A DNA stretch of 61,705 nucleotides. It comes from Pelomyxa schiedti. Lineage: Eukaryota; Protista; Evosea. Both the position numbers and the translations under genes were made by a program. Every line of letters begins with the position of its first letter. The stretch's first letter is position 1. The notes under the pieces are model-generated. The model was not told where the DNA came from. It saw only the letters and a list, made by a program, of their open reading frames with translations, and made no database searches. The stretch spans positions 1 through 61,705 of the forward strand of contig JAHLWZ010000099.1 of the NCBI GenBank assembly GCA_020536535.1, read 5' to 3'. Below are positions 13,636-25,551 of this stretch, one piece after another.

Positions 13636-16132
13636 CTAGGAAAACAGGTTTTCATCTTCCACAGAGTCACTTGTTGAAGTTGTTGTCGATGTGTTGGATG
13701 CATTGCTGTTTGAATTTTTGAATCTCACTACTATAGTGCTGATGTTGTCAAGACTGCCCTTAGCAAAAGCCGCCTCCACAACAGCATTTGCTGCTTGATG
13801 TGGGTCCTCATACTTGGCGGCTGTGCTTATCACTTCCTAGTTTAGAAGTATTAATACTTTTTTTTTTTTTTGGGTGGAAGTGTTATTTTGTTTGGGTTTG
13901 ACTGATGAGATGAAATGTATGTGTTTGCTTGTTTGTTTAATTCACACTACCTGGTCAGTCATTACATCCCAGACTCCATCAGAGGCTAGCACGGCAAAGG
14001 AATCTTGAGGTTGAAGGTGGACCCTCTTTATTTCCGGTATAGAGCTCACCACTTCAGATGGCTGTTTCAGTGCAATGTCTCCAAAGGACCGTGAAACGGC
14101 AAGCATCGTGCCTCCAGCTCTGAACATGAAAAAAAAAGGTCAAATTGAGGGGAAAAAAAAAAAGGAGTTACTTTGAAGTGTTGGTAGATACCTGGTGGGT
14201 CTAGTCACCCTCCACACATTAAGAAACACAACATCTCCGCCGGCTTTTTTGATCCTCTTCAACTCATCTGGTCTGTCAGGCTTGTGATCCTGGGACAGTC
14301 TGACAACCCGACCACCTCTAAGTACAAAGTTAAAGACGAAGTTCAAGCAAGGCTAAAATAAACCTGCATAGAACTCCCCTGCAGTCTCCCAAATTGGCAA
14401 TATAGAGTGTGGTATTTCCCCTGAACTCTTGGGTTAGCATCACCAAGGCAGTTGAGCCATCGGAACGCTTATTCATTGTAGCCATGTGAAGGAATTCAGA
14501 TTCAGCAAGTGAGAATGTTTCTTTTATAACGTCTATTACCATATCTTCCCACTCTTGAGTTTGTTTGTGAACTTTATCTACTGCTTCTTGTGATGCAGTA
14601 GGTGTTATCCGAATTTCCTTGGCTTCTTCTTCCTCCTCCACTTCTGCTTCATCATCAAGTCTTAATTCCCCGCTATTACTTTCGTCACTGTGCATGCTTA
14701 GAGTACGGCTTCTGCTACACCGAGGCTTGTTTCTTCCTTGGCTCACAGATTTACTTCTTGTCTTACTTCGGCTCCTACTTCGACTGTTGTTTCGGCTTTT
14801 GGACCTCCCTCTCGTCTCAGATTCATCCTGTGGGCTCCTTCCAGGACTTGGACTCCTTGTATGACTTCCGCTTCGGCTCCGGCTCCGGCTCCTGCTCCTG
14901 CTCCTGCTCTTACTCTTACTCCTACTCTTGCTCCTGCTCCTGCTCCTGCTCCTGCTTCTTCTGTCACTGTTACTTTTTCTGTTGTGTAGATTTTTTGTCT
15001 CAGTAGCGCTACTACTCCGACTCCGACTCCTGCTCCTGCTTCTGCTTCTGCTTCTGCTTTTGCTTTTGCTTCTGCTTCTGCTTCTGCTTCTACTCCTGCT
15101 TGGGTTCCTATTCCTGCTTCTACTTTTACTCCTGCTCTTACTATTGCTTCTGCTTCTGCTCTTGCTCTTATTCCTGCTTTTACTTCTACTCTTACTCCCT
15201 CCCTCACTCTTGCTTCTGCTTCGGCTTTTTCTCCTGCCGTTACTTGGGCTTCTGCTTTGCCTTTGCTGGTCACACACTGAGGAACTGGTTACAGTCGGTT
15301 GGTCATCCTCAACTTCAGGTTCATTGGAATTCTTTATGGCGTTTGCTGTTGAGCAAATATTTTTGTTAATTTCTTCCAGCGCCGCAGTGAGCTCCTGATT
15401 ATCAGGAAACTTCTCCAGGTGAGAAAGAAGTTCTGTGCGTTGTGCAGCCAATTCAATTATCTGTTTCTCCAGTTCAGATAAACTGTTCTCTCCCGATGCG
15501 GAAAGTCTTTGTGGGGCTTTCACTGGGCTTGGGGTTGCCTCTTTTGGGGAAGAGTCCTGACTGAGTCTTAATAAAGCAGCATGATCTTTACGCCACTGCC
15601 TTCTGGCCTGGGAGTAGAGCATTTCAAAAATTTGATGAAGTCTAACACCAAGAAATCTAATCCAAAGGGTGAGAGTGTGAGTGGGTGAGAGAAAGAGTTA
15701 TGGAGAAAGTCTAGCAACAAACTTGGAACATTGGTCACCAGAGTGCCCGTCATAAATGGCGTTCCACACGAGCATGCTGGGCAAGCCCCTTCTGCCCACG
15801 ACCTCGCCGCACACGCACACGTCCTCCTGGGAGGGCTTGGACCCCACGATGGAGTGCCACCCAGAGGCGACGCTCGACCGCGCCCCGTACATCGCGTGGG
15901 TCACAAGCTGGCTGTGGCCCCACGGGCCGGCGCCCCCCTGCGTATGCTGCTGCTGCTGCTGCGAGGAGGAGGACGAGGACGACGTGCAGGAGAAGGTGGA
16001 GGGAGGGGGAGGCTGCGACGAGGGGGACTGCGGCTGCGAGAGCATGAGGGCCGCGTCGTAGAAGCAGCTCTGGGAGGCCGGCAGCCCCCCAGGCGGCGAA
16101 GGTGGCGATGCCGGGGGCGACGACGGGGAGCC

Positions 16133-16172
<40 letters not shown>

Positions 16173-16768
16173 GTGCTGGACGCAGGGGCCGTGGCTGCTG
16201 CGCAGTCGGTGGCAGCAGCAGAAGAAGAAGGGGGAGCCTCAGCCTGGCCATCCTCCTTCTCCTTCTCCTGCTGCTCCTGCTGCTGCCGCTGGGTGTTTGG
16301 CACCTCCTGCAGCTGCGTACTTTGTTGCTCCTGCAGCTGCGTACTTTGCTGCTCCTGCGGGGGTGAGGGCGAAGGAGATGTGGATGTGGCCGCGGCTGAT
16401 GTCGACGTCGAGGTTTGGGTTTGAGTTTGTCCCTCGTCCATGTGGCTCCATGTTGCCGTCTTTGTTTCTGTTACCGTTGCCGTTGCCGTTGCTGCTGCTG
16501 GCACCGTGGGTTGGGCGGGTCTCGCGGGGGGCACCACGACGACATTGGGGCCGGGGCTCGTGGAGGCGGGGGCCGCGGTACCCGCGGTTCCGAGCACGGG
16601 AACCTGGGGCCGCGGCGTGTACACCGTTGGCACCCGCCGCCGCTTGGAAATAGGCCGCCTGGGTAGTACCGCAGCCTGCTGCGGGCGGGCTTCCGGCTCG
16701 TGGTCCCTCTTTTGGCCTTGCTGCGGCTGGTGTACCGGCTCTTTGTCGGCGCCTTGTTGGGCACTCAT
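13636..16768 (-). CDS. PP2C/PPM Ser/Thr phosphatase with large RS-repeat insertion
   Basis: Motifs 'SQED', 'YDGHSG', 'DGSTA', 'ANLGDCR', 'DHKP..E', 'LAVSRSFGD', 'LASDGVWD', 'GSLDNIS'. The RS tract at about 14690-15250 lies between DGHSG and DGSTA. Confidence 0.92.
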
Positions 16769-16923
16769 TTTTTTTTCCTTTTTTCGTACCTTGGGTTTTT
16801 TTCTATTCTCAAGGTTGTCTTGCTTCATCATCAGATCTGCTACAACTTTTTTTTTCCCTTTTGTTTTTTTATTATTATTATTATTCTAATCCCCGATAGC
16901 TGAGGGTGAGCACTCGACCGGTA

Positions 16924-17950
16924 ATGATAAGAAGGCAGTTCAAATGTGTTCTCATTGGTGACGGCGGTGTGGGGAAATCAGGTGTGCTTCTGTTTCTCTC
17001 GTGTTTCTTTTTCCTAATGTTGTAAACAAAAGCGTATGTAAGGAGGTTTGCCACTGGTGACTTTCGAGCGGCCTATAATTGTACAATCTCTTCTCTACCA
17101 GAAAAAAAAATCAACTCAAAACCTTTTCGTTAGCCACGATAGGGGTCGAGGTGCACAATGTAGAAGTCAATACATCACACGGACTTGTGACTTTCAACGT
17201 AAGCACTAATGTTACTCTCACTGCACTTCCATTAATTCGAAATCGAGGTGTGGGATACATCTGGACAAGAGAAGGTCTCATTAAATATGTATTGAGTAAA
17301 CTAATAGTGGACATGTGAAATTGGGTTTTTGGTAGCTAACATCACTCATATTCACTTTATTTTTGACAGTTTGGAGGTATTTTACCTCGTCTCCTTTGTT
17401 GCATTTTATAATTGCTATCCAGGACTACGGGATGCTTACTATGCCGGAGCCGATTGTGCCATTGTAATGTTTGATGTCACGAATAAGTCCACACTCAGGA
17501 ATGCAGTCAGATGGCATCGTGACCTTTGCCGGATTTGTGGAGATACAATCCCCGTTGTGTGGTGTGGCAATAAAGTCGATTTGAATAGTGAGGTCAAACT
17601 GTCTGATGTAAAGAAATGCCGGGCTGTGTGCTCCAGGCCAAATCCGTCACCAACACCCGAATCATCTACAGTGACAGTTGCTTCAACTGGGTCAACAGTT
17701 CCCTCCTTAGAGCAGAACCCTGAGAGCAGACAATCAAACATTAAGTTCTTCTGGTTGAGTGCCAAGACAGGCCATAACTTTGACAAACCCTTTGGCTGGC
17801 TATGCAAGGAATTACTCAACTTGAAAGTGTATGTTAATAAACTTTTTTCCTTATTACCTAACCTGGCCAAGGATTGCTGTTGCTCCAAGAGTACTGAAGC
17901 CACTACCAGATTACAGTGATTCTGAGGAAGATGGATCTGAGGCAGAGTAA
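16924..17950 (+). CDS. RAN: Divergent Ran-family GTPase
   Basis: 'FKCVLIGDGGVGKS', 'TIGVEVH', 'WDTSGQEKFGGLRDAYY' (needs the 7-nt microexon 17370-17376), 'CGNKVD', 'SAK..NFDKPF.WL', and acidic tail 'LPDYSDSEEDGSEAE*'. Confidence 0.9.
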
Positions 17951-18060
17951 GTGGGACCACACTAGAGCGTTACGAATAGCAGTAGCATATATTCTGTGTA
18001 TCCTTGCGAGCTTTCTTTTGAGAAAAGGGAGAGTGAAGAAAAAAACCATCTTTTAGTCCT

Positions 18061-19366
18061 TCATCTTAAATTTTTTTTCAAAAAGTTTATCCAATTGCCG
18101 CCCATGACTCTGGCAATATCTTCAGTACACATCCCTGCTTGTGCTAGTTCTCGTGCAATGAGCTGGAAATCGGCTGAAGTGTCCAGTTCACCCGGAATGT
18201 CTTCCTTCCCAAATCCACCATCTATGTCACTTCCAATTCCAACGTGCATGGCATTGCCGGCCAACTTGCAAATGTGCATTATGTGCTTCACCAGGTGCCT
18301 GAGGTAAACACAGTGTCTTGTAGGTTTCCCAGTGGCAATTACGTCGGGGTCACTAGGGCTGCATATAAACTTGGTGTACAGCACCACGCCAATAACTGCA
18401 TCCCTTTGAACCAGTGCCCGGATCATGTCATCAGACAGGTGTCGGTCTCCTCCCCCAAGTAGTGCGCGACAGTTGCTGTGCGAGGCAATCACTGGGCCTT
18501 TGAATACTGAGAGTGCTTCCCAAAAACTGTCCTCGGACATGTGGCTGATATCTTTCCGATTTGCTTAAGGAAGATGAATTTTGGGGAGGTCATACCCAGT
18601 ATGAACCCCTTCTGCTGCATCATGGGCAATAGTTGGACTCCGAGGGGTGTAAGCGGTCCAGGGTTTCCAGTTCCGCCAGAATAACGGGTTCTATGCCACG
18701 CAGTACCAATGATTCTTAATCCCTTGCTCCACCACCAATCGAGCTCTGGTTCTGACGGAGAGACAATGGGATCAGCACCTTCCATCAGAAGCACTACTTT
18801 TAATCGTCGTCTAGGATCTAGCTCCGAGCCCGGCAGTGGCAAACCGGTCTCTCCGGGGGATTTCACAATCTCTATATCACCAGATCTCTCAAGTGCTTCG
18901 TAGTACTCCAATTGCTCCGCTGCTTGCGCGTGTGCCTCCTCAGGTGTGTTGTACCTACAGCAACCGACATATTAAGTCAAAAGGAGAAAAAGGCAAGAAA
19001 GAAACGGCAGTGTAAGGGGGAATCCACTTGGGCACTGTTGGCGGTACGTCGATCGGAGAAGCCCACAGAGTGGCGAATACCATCACAACACCACCCCGCT
19101 TAAGATCTGGAAGTGACGAGCAGCACTCTCCAGCATACTCCTCCTCTAGTTTTTTTTTATTATTATTATTAACCTATGTGTTATTTCGGCATTGGTTGTT
19201 TGACACATTGATACATTGACACACGCGTAACGGACGAAGAGGACTCTTGCTCGCGAATCTGTGAGACCGTCATCTTGAAGTCACGACCATGTGCAACTCT
19301 GGAGAACCCAATGTCCTCGTGGCCATCGACTACCGCAAACACCCGCTCACAGTGCGTTGTGGCCAT
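18061..19366 (-). CDS. Membrane dipeptidase (peptidase family M19), bacterial-type
   Basis: 'VDGHED', 'LLMEGAD', 'D(I)SHMS', 'IASHSN', 'HVGIGSDIDGG', 'MGGNW..FL'. Confidence 0.92.
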
Positions 19367-19629
19367 TTTGTTATCTCAAGAAAAGAGTGTGGAAGGACTT
19401 ATGGAGTCAGTCAGAACACAACTGGCACGGAGCGTGGGCTGAACGGTACTGAGAGAGGCGATTTCCAGCGGTGCAGAATTGAAATTTGTGGTGAACCTCC
19501 CCTTCAAGGGGTAGCGAAAGTAGTTAGCGGAACAGATGTTGGTGAAAAACTGGGAAAAAAGAAAGAAAAACACAACACTCAAGCAAGATGACGGACCAGG
19601 ACGTTGGTTCCAAGCCGAACCCCCTGACA

Positions 19630-19767
19630 ATGTCGTCAGAAATGAAGGCGGCAGCGCAGGTTGTGGGGGGTGCGCTGGGGTCATTCCCCGACAAACCGTA
19701 CGTTCCCATCTCCGTCAGTGGAAAGTGTCAGAAGGATGAAGATGTGAAAGAGGCCGTGAGAAGTGTA

Positions 19768-19798
<31 letters not shown>

Positions 19799-21399
19799 GT
19801 GAATACGAGAATTATTGATTTGGAAAAGGTGCAAGGAGCCACGGGAACTTACATCGAGGCACTGGAAAACAGTGAACTTATTCAGGACATTGCTGAGAGA
19901 CCGAGGCCTTCCGAGACGGTATTTATTTGCTAGTTTGTGCATTGTGCACTAATTGGGGTAATGTAGCTCGATTGCCTTTTTGTACCTCTTGCTGTTGAAA
20001 GAGTCATCCTTTATGGGATGCTTGTCTGCCTTGAGTCCCTGCTTTTCACTCTTACCATTCTCCCTGTTCGCGCTTTGTTCCACCTACTCCAGTGCTGTTT
20101 TAGTCTTCTTACGTTTTCGAAGCCTTCTCTGACGTTCCAGCAGCAGGTTGGTGTACTTTCAACCAATGTGTCCCTTTCTTTAACTTCCTTGTAGGCTATT
20201 GTCTTCAAGGGCTTATTTATTTTCCTTGCCTGGGCCATTGTTTCGCGTGTTGACGTTTCCACGTTAGTTCAGCTCGTTCGACACAGCGAAATGAAGCTGA
20301 AAATGATTTGGCTATGCCTGGAATTCCTCGATATCCTTTTTAAGCGCTATGGTGCTTACAACGTTTGATTTTATCAGTTCTTACTTGCCATTAGGCCAGA
20401 CAATGCTTGGCTCCTTCTTTTGGAGTCTTGTGGTCCCTAACTCCAAATTGCGGTGGAGTCGCTTTGCTCACTTCATTGGTGCAGTTGGATACATGGTGTT
20501 GCATACCATGATGTTGATGGTTCATATGGCAGTTCTGGATATAGCTGTTAATTCTGGCAATACTTCTCTTCTCTCTTTAGTTATACTAGTTCAATTCACA
20601 GAAGTAAAAGCTGCAGCCACCAAGTAAGTGGTACTCCTAGTTAAAAAAGATTTACCGATTCCAAAAGGAAATGGAAGCGCCAGCAACTCTTCGAAATGTG
20701 TGCCGACGATATAGTGGAGCGTTTCTCCCTCGCTGTTTACGTTGCCATGCTTTTCTTGATAAATCTTACCAAGGAACACCAGCTTGGGTTTGTCTCCTTG
20801 AATGGATGAAAGTGTCTTACACTTCGTAGTGAATTCAGCGTGGAGTGGTCAGACGATTTCGTACCACTAGTTATTCTCTACTTATCTGAAGTTTTTGTGG
20901 ATTGGACCAAGCATATCTCGATTTGCAATAACAATGCCTATACCCCTGGCTTCTATGTTGGTAAATTGCAACTCCTATGCCAGAAACAACTTGTCGGACT
21001 TCGGACAAGCCCATTCCATCATGACCACTCTGCTTCCACCTCACGACGTATGCTTTTATGACTACTACAGGTTTTTCCTCATTTGTTGCTTTCAACCTAG
21101 ATTTGGGATTGTGGCCACTTCCTCTTACAGTTGTCGTTCTGCGTGTGATGTTCCCGTGGTTGTTCTCGCTCCGCTGGAAAATTACTGTTCCAATGCTTCC
21201 TCTGGTATACCCCCAAATCTCAAATCCATTCACTAAGCAAAAGCAGTTTGTTTGGTTGCCACTTCTGGTCCTCAAGTTTGCCAACGTCCAGCTTCTGAAA
21301 ATTTTCTCCACATTTTACCCAATGAAGTACGTCGATGGCTGGTTTGACTGGAGTGACATCGAGCCAATAGAAGAGCCAGAAACAAAAAAACAGGACTAA
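19630..21399 (+). CDS. TAPT1: TAPT1/Emp65 family ER membrane protein
   Basis: 'VPLAVERVILYG..CLESLLF.LT.LP.R', 'IAVNS..SLLSL...QFTEVK', 'DIVERF', 'SEVFVDWTKH', 'LGLWPLPL'. Confidence 0.85.
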
Positions 21400-21572
21400 A
21401 TAAACCAGTCTTAAACTCGTCTCTTCTAAAATTCTAAGCACGTTCCCCGAATGGTACAGTTTTTTGGGGCATCAAAACCCTCAGACGCTGCTTGGGCACC
21501 AAAAGGTCACCAGATTAAAAAAAAAAACAAAAAGCAAAGCCCTTTTCCAAAGTAATCGTAACAACAAAGTCG

Positions 21573-22638
21573 ATGGCAGCGACGGCAGATCCGCCCAAGA
21601 TGACAGAGCACCTTTTAAAGGTGCTAGTTGTGGGCGATATGGGAACCGGAAAAACAAGTATTATCAGTCGCTACGGTAAGCTCATTTTTTGTGGGATCTC
21701 TTTATGTGCTATTTGTTACGGATACGAGGCACCTTTGGATATTTAAAAACTTGTGCGGTTGTTTGCTTAATGCGTGTGTAGTTTATGATTGCTTCAGCGA
21801 TCAGTATAAAACTACGGTACGTAGTCTTGCACGTTTTACCTTTGAAATGACTAGGGTAGGTGGGAGTTGATTTCTCCTTGAAAGTCCTTAAATGGGACGA
21901 AGAGACACTGGTGCGACTGCAGGTTAACTTCCCCTTGTATCACTTCTATGCTGAAACGATAAAGTTGTGGGATATTGCCGGCCAAGAGCGGTTTGGTAAT
22001 ATGACCCGCGTTTACTACAAAGAAGCCTCAGCGGCATTTATTGTGTAATACACCCTCTTTTATTTTTCTTGTTTAACAATTATCAAACTCAGTTTTGATA
22101 TAACCCGACTCGGCACTTTCACTACGGTTAAAAACTGGAAAGAGGATATCGATTCCAAGGTGTGACCCAAAACATGGGTATTTCTGGTTGAACTGATGCA
22201 CTCTAGGTTCTTGGTCCTGACGGCACACCAATACCTGTAGTTCTAATTGCAAACAAGGTACCTTCGAATCCTAAAATTATAGCCCCCAAATAGCATAAAT
22301 AGTGCGACAGTGACGTATGGGAGAAAACCTATTGTGTTACAAAAGAAGAACTTGACCAGTATGTCAACGAATATCACTTTGTTGGCTGGTGAGTACACTC
22401 TTTTCCTCTTGGTGGTGCTTATCAAATGATACTAGGAGGGGCACATCAGCCAAAGTCCCACGCGGCATTGATGACGCCTCAATTCTCCTTCTTGGGTACC
22501 ACGTCTTCCCAAGTGTAGTGAATCTAACTTTCAACCAGGCAAGCACTACGACAAGTCAGGCAAGTTGAAGATACAGGCGATGAGGGAGGCATAGTAATTG
22601 GTGCAACAACACCAGAAAAGACTGGAGGTTGCTGTTGA
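21573..22638 (+). CDS. RAB32: Rab32/38 family small GTPase
   Basis: Nine exons: 'EHLLKVLVVGDMGTGKTS', 'GVDFSLKVLKWD', 'LWDIAGQERFGNMTRVYY' (diagnostic WDIAGQE), 'ANKCD', 'TSAK', C-terminal GCC. Confidence 0.95.
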
Positions 22639-22771
22639 CACTGTCCTCGTTTTGAGTTGTTAAAGATGATGTTAATTTTTTCCCTTTTCCCTATTACCCA
22701 TTACCCATGCCTCAAACCAAGCTCGTACAATACTTCAAAAAAAAAAAGAGCCTCCAAAATTCTTTTTGTAT

Positions 22772-25123
22772 TTAAGCGTCTTCAATTAGCTTGTGAGTAC
22801 CAAAATTGTCGCGAATAATAACTCGGAAATCACTGGTACTACTTAAGGACTTCAAGAAAGGCAGCTGGGTAGGATGTGAGAGGTAAAAACCAAATGAAGA
22901 AAGCTAACCAAATCAAGCAACTCTGTATCACTGTCATTGTCATACCAACTGGGTATTGGTATTCCGTTGTCAACCTGAGTGGAGGTGAGGAGAGTCTGGT
23001 AACACAACGAAACCTGTAGTCCATAGGCAACGGGAGAGTTGTCAACAATGCATGTTGTTGAGAGGTCTCTGTTGAGCATGCTCAGGTCCTTGAGGTAAGC
23101 TCCATCCACGACGGTGCATGAGTCCCGGAATAATCTATGACTGTTCCCGGTTGGAATGTGTGTGAGAAAAAAGTTGCAACCTAAAGTATTTTCCACAGGG
23201 ATCCACTAAATTAAGGAGTGCATCTGCATATGCTTTGCACAATTGAGTCCAAAACAAATTTGGAAGTCAATTTTACCAGGATGGGAGGCAGTAAAAACGA
23301 TAACTTCAAAATATTGAACGATTTCCTCCAAAAAATATTCCAGATAGGGTCTTTTTCGTACGTGCATCTAGAGAATCATAAGTTCACAAAATAAATCCTA
23401 GGAATACAACTTGAAATTCTTTTCCTTCCCAACACACTGGGAACTGGAAGTCGGCACGAAGTGGGTCACAATAGCAATGTACTAACGTTTCATCTAAATC
23501 AAGTACAATGGTCTTTTTAATCGAGTTAGTTTTTTCTTGGGGAGATATTTAGTAATGGAGATGATGTATGTGAGAAGTGAAGTGCGTGGTAGAAGTTATG
23601 CTTTCATTTAGCATAGAAGGAGAATGCTGACAATATTGTGCCATGTTTTTCGTGGTTTTTTTCATGATGAAGGAAAAAAACCACTTCCCTCATGGGTTTA
23701 GGAAATGGGACACTCAGTGTCATAGCAAATGCTTTGTCATGCAGTGCTTAATTAAATTTGGGAGAATAGGAGTACACACTGGATGGAGGGAACATGGTGA
23801 CTTAGGAGGAAGTAATGGCCCATTTTGGCTGATATTATATGGTATTTGTGATAAATGCTTCATAAACGTGTAAGGATTGAATCCGGTTGAATACAACTGC
23901 TGTACAGGTTGCTCACTTTTATACAACGTAACTTCATCGTCAGAGTTATGTTCGTGTGAGGGCTCGTCACTGCAGGGGGGTTGAGAAGCCTCTGCGGGAG
24001 TACAGGGTTGAACCAGTGTATTGGATTGTATTGCCGGAGAATCTTCAGGAACAATTCCAGGGGTAGGGTCGTTGTGAGTGCTGATGCATTCCTCGAGGGT
24101 TGCATTATCGGTTACTAAATAGGTCTCCTTGCACCAAGTCGTTTCATTATTAAGGAATGTTGTCGGTGGTTCTAATTCATCTGGTGTTGCATGTATGGGT
24201 CTTATTTCAGAATCGTCAGGGAGAAAGTCATATGATGGTAGTGCACTGGATGAACCCGTGTAGACAGCACCCGGAGAGACACATGCATTATTTGTTGGCA
24301 TAATAGCTTGGAAGGTGCCGCCATCTTCAACGCTATCATCACTGCTGTCACTACTTTCATTACTGCTTGATGTTGGTGTAGAAGTGTCACTGTCCCCACA
24401 GTCCACATCGGTATTTTGGAGAGCCTCACAAACAGGAACAGTGCCAAGGACTTCATCATCTCTTCGGTCTTCCTCGTTATCTGCTAGAATATTGCCTGCT
24501 TCTTCAGTATTTGGTAAGATTCAGACTCTCATTCGCACAGCTTGTGGGTGGTGCAAGTGTGTGCAGTGTTTTTTTTTTATGCGATGCAGTTGTATATAAG
24601 AAGAGGTGCAATGCGGTATGGAAAAAAGTTATGCAGTATGTGTTGACCACCATTGTGCGAAGTAGGAGAGCCCTCAAGAGTCGGCAAGGCGTCACACAAG
24701 TCTTTGACAAATGAAGCACCAAGAAAGCTCTTATCACCACAGGAAGGTAACTGCGACCCATATTCAAACACCTCTGATGATACACGTTGGCACTGGAAGG
24801 AATGCTGATGACGGGAGTGTGATCTCGGATGCACATGAGACCGAGCTGGGTGGAAGCTGTGGGAATTCTGATGGGGTGGATGACGACCGTGCCCATGATG
24901 TTGATTACCTGAGTTGAATCCATGGTTCTGTGGCGCATGCACTAACCCCCCAAAACAAGTCGCAGGAGACGGTGAAACCGGAGGGGAACTTGGGAAAGAG
25001 CTTGTAGTATAGCCCGTGTAAGAGTGAGCTTGTCGTTTAGCTGGCGGCTCTACTGGGATATAAGACATCATGGTACCCGTCTGTTGCATAGGAGCACTCG
25101 ATTCATACGGCTATTGCACAAAC

Positions 25124-25161
<38 letters not shown>

Positions 25162-25309
25162 CTGTTAGTAAAGTTAAAAGACGGTTGTCATTTACCACAC
25201 GAATATTGCCGTAATAGCCATATGAAAGAAAACTCTGTGAGAACAAAGAAAACGACTCTTGTTGCGCAACGCCGTCGTCGTGGCCGCGTGTTCTTGTCGA
25301 CTTCGACAT
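22772..25309 (-). CDS. FCP1/SCP (NIF-domain) HAD phosphatase, CTDSPL2-like
   Basis: '[12 protein letters not shown]', 'VRKRPYL', 'VFTAS', 'RLFRDSC', 'YLKDL', 'IVDNSP', 'NGIPIPSW'; long low-complexity N-terminus. Confidence 0.9.
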
Positions 25310-25551
25310 AGTAACTTTGGCAATAGTAGTACTTGGGGTACTGTTGTTTTTTGTTGTCGTAGGTCCGGCCGGTTGTTTGTCGCTAGGTTGTTTATTTGTC
25401 TTTTTGCTTGTTTTGACGCTAAAAAAGCACCTCCCAAAATTTCTCAAATTTCCGAACATTTCCATTTAGTTACTCTTGATGGCTTTTTCCGGTTGAGAAT
25501 TCTAAACGAATTTCACGCCGACGTGGTCTCGTTTTGATGTGAAGGTTGGCA

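Noticed and set aside
14602-15398. Poly-Leu, (CS)n, (AP)n and (AG/AE)n ORFs
   Set aside because: They are antisense or alternative-frame shadows of the RS-repeat exon.
15731-16889. Multiple long overlapping ORFs in GC-rich patches (also 9158-10179, 52017-53079, 58706-59005)
   Set aside because: Expected from stop-codon scarcity in GC-rich, low-complexity first exons; only one frame joins the conserved domains.
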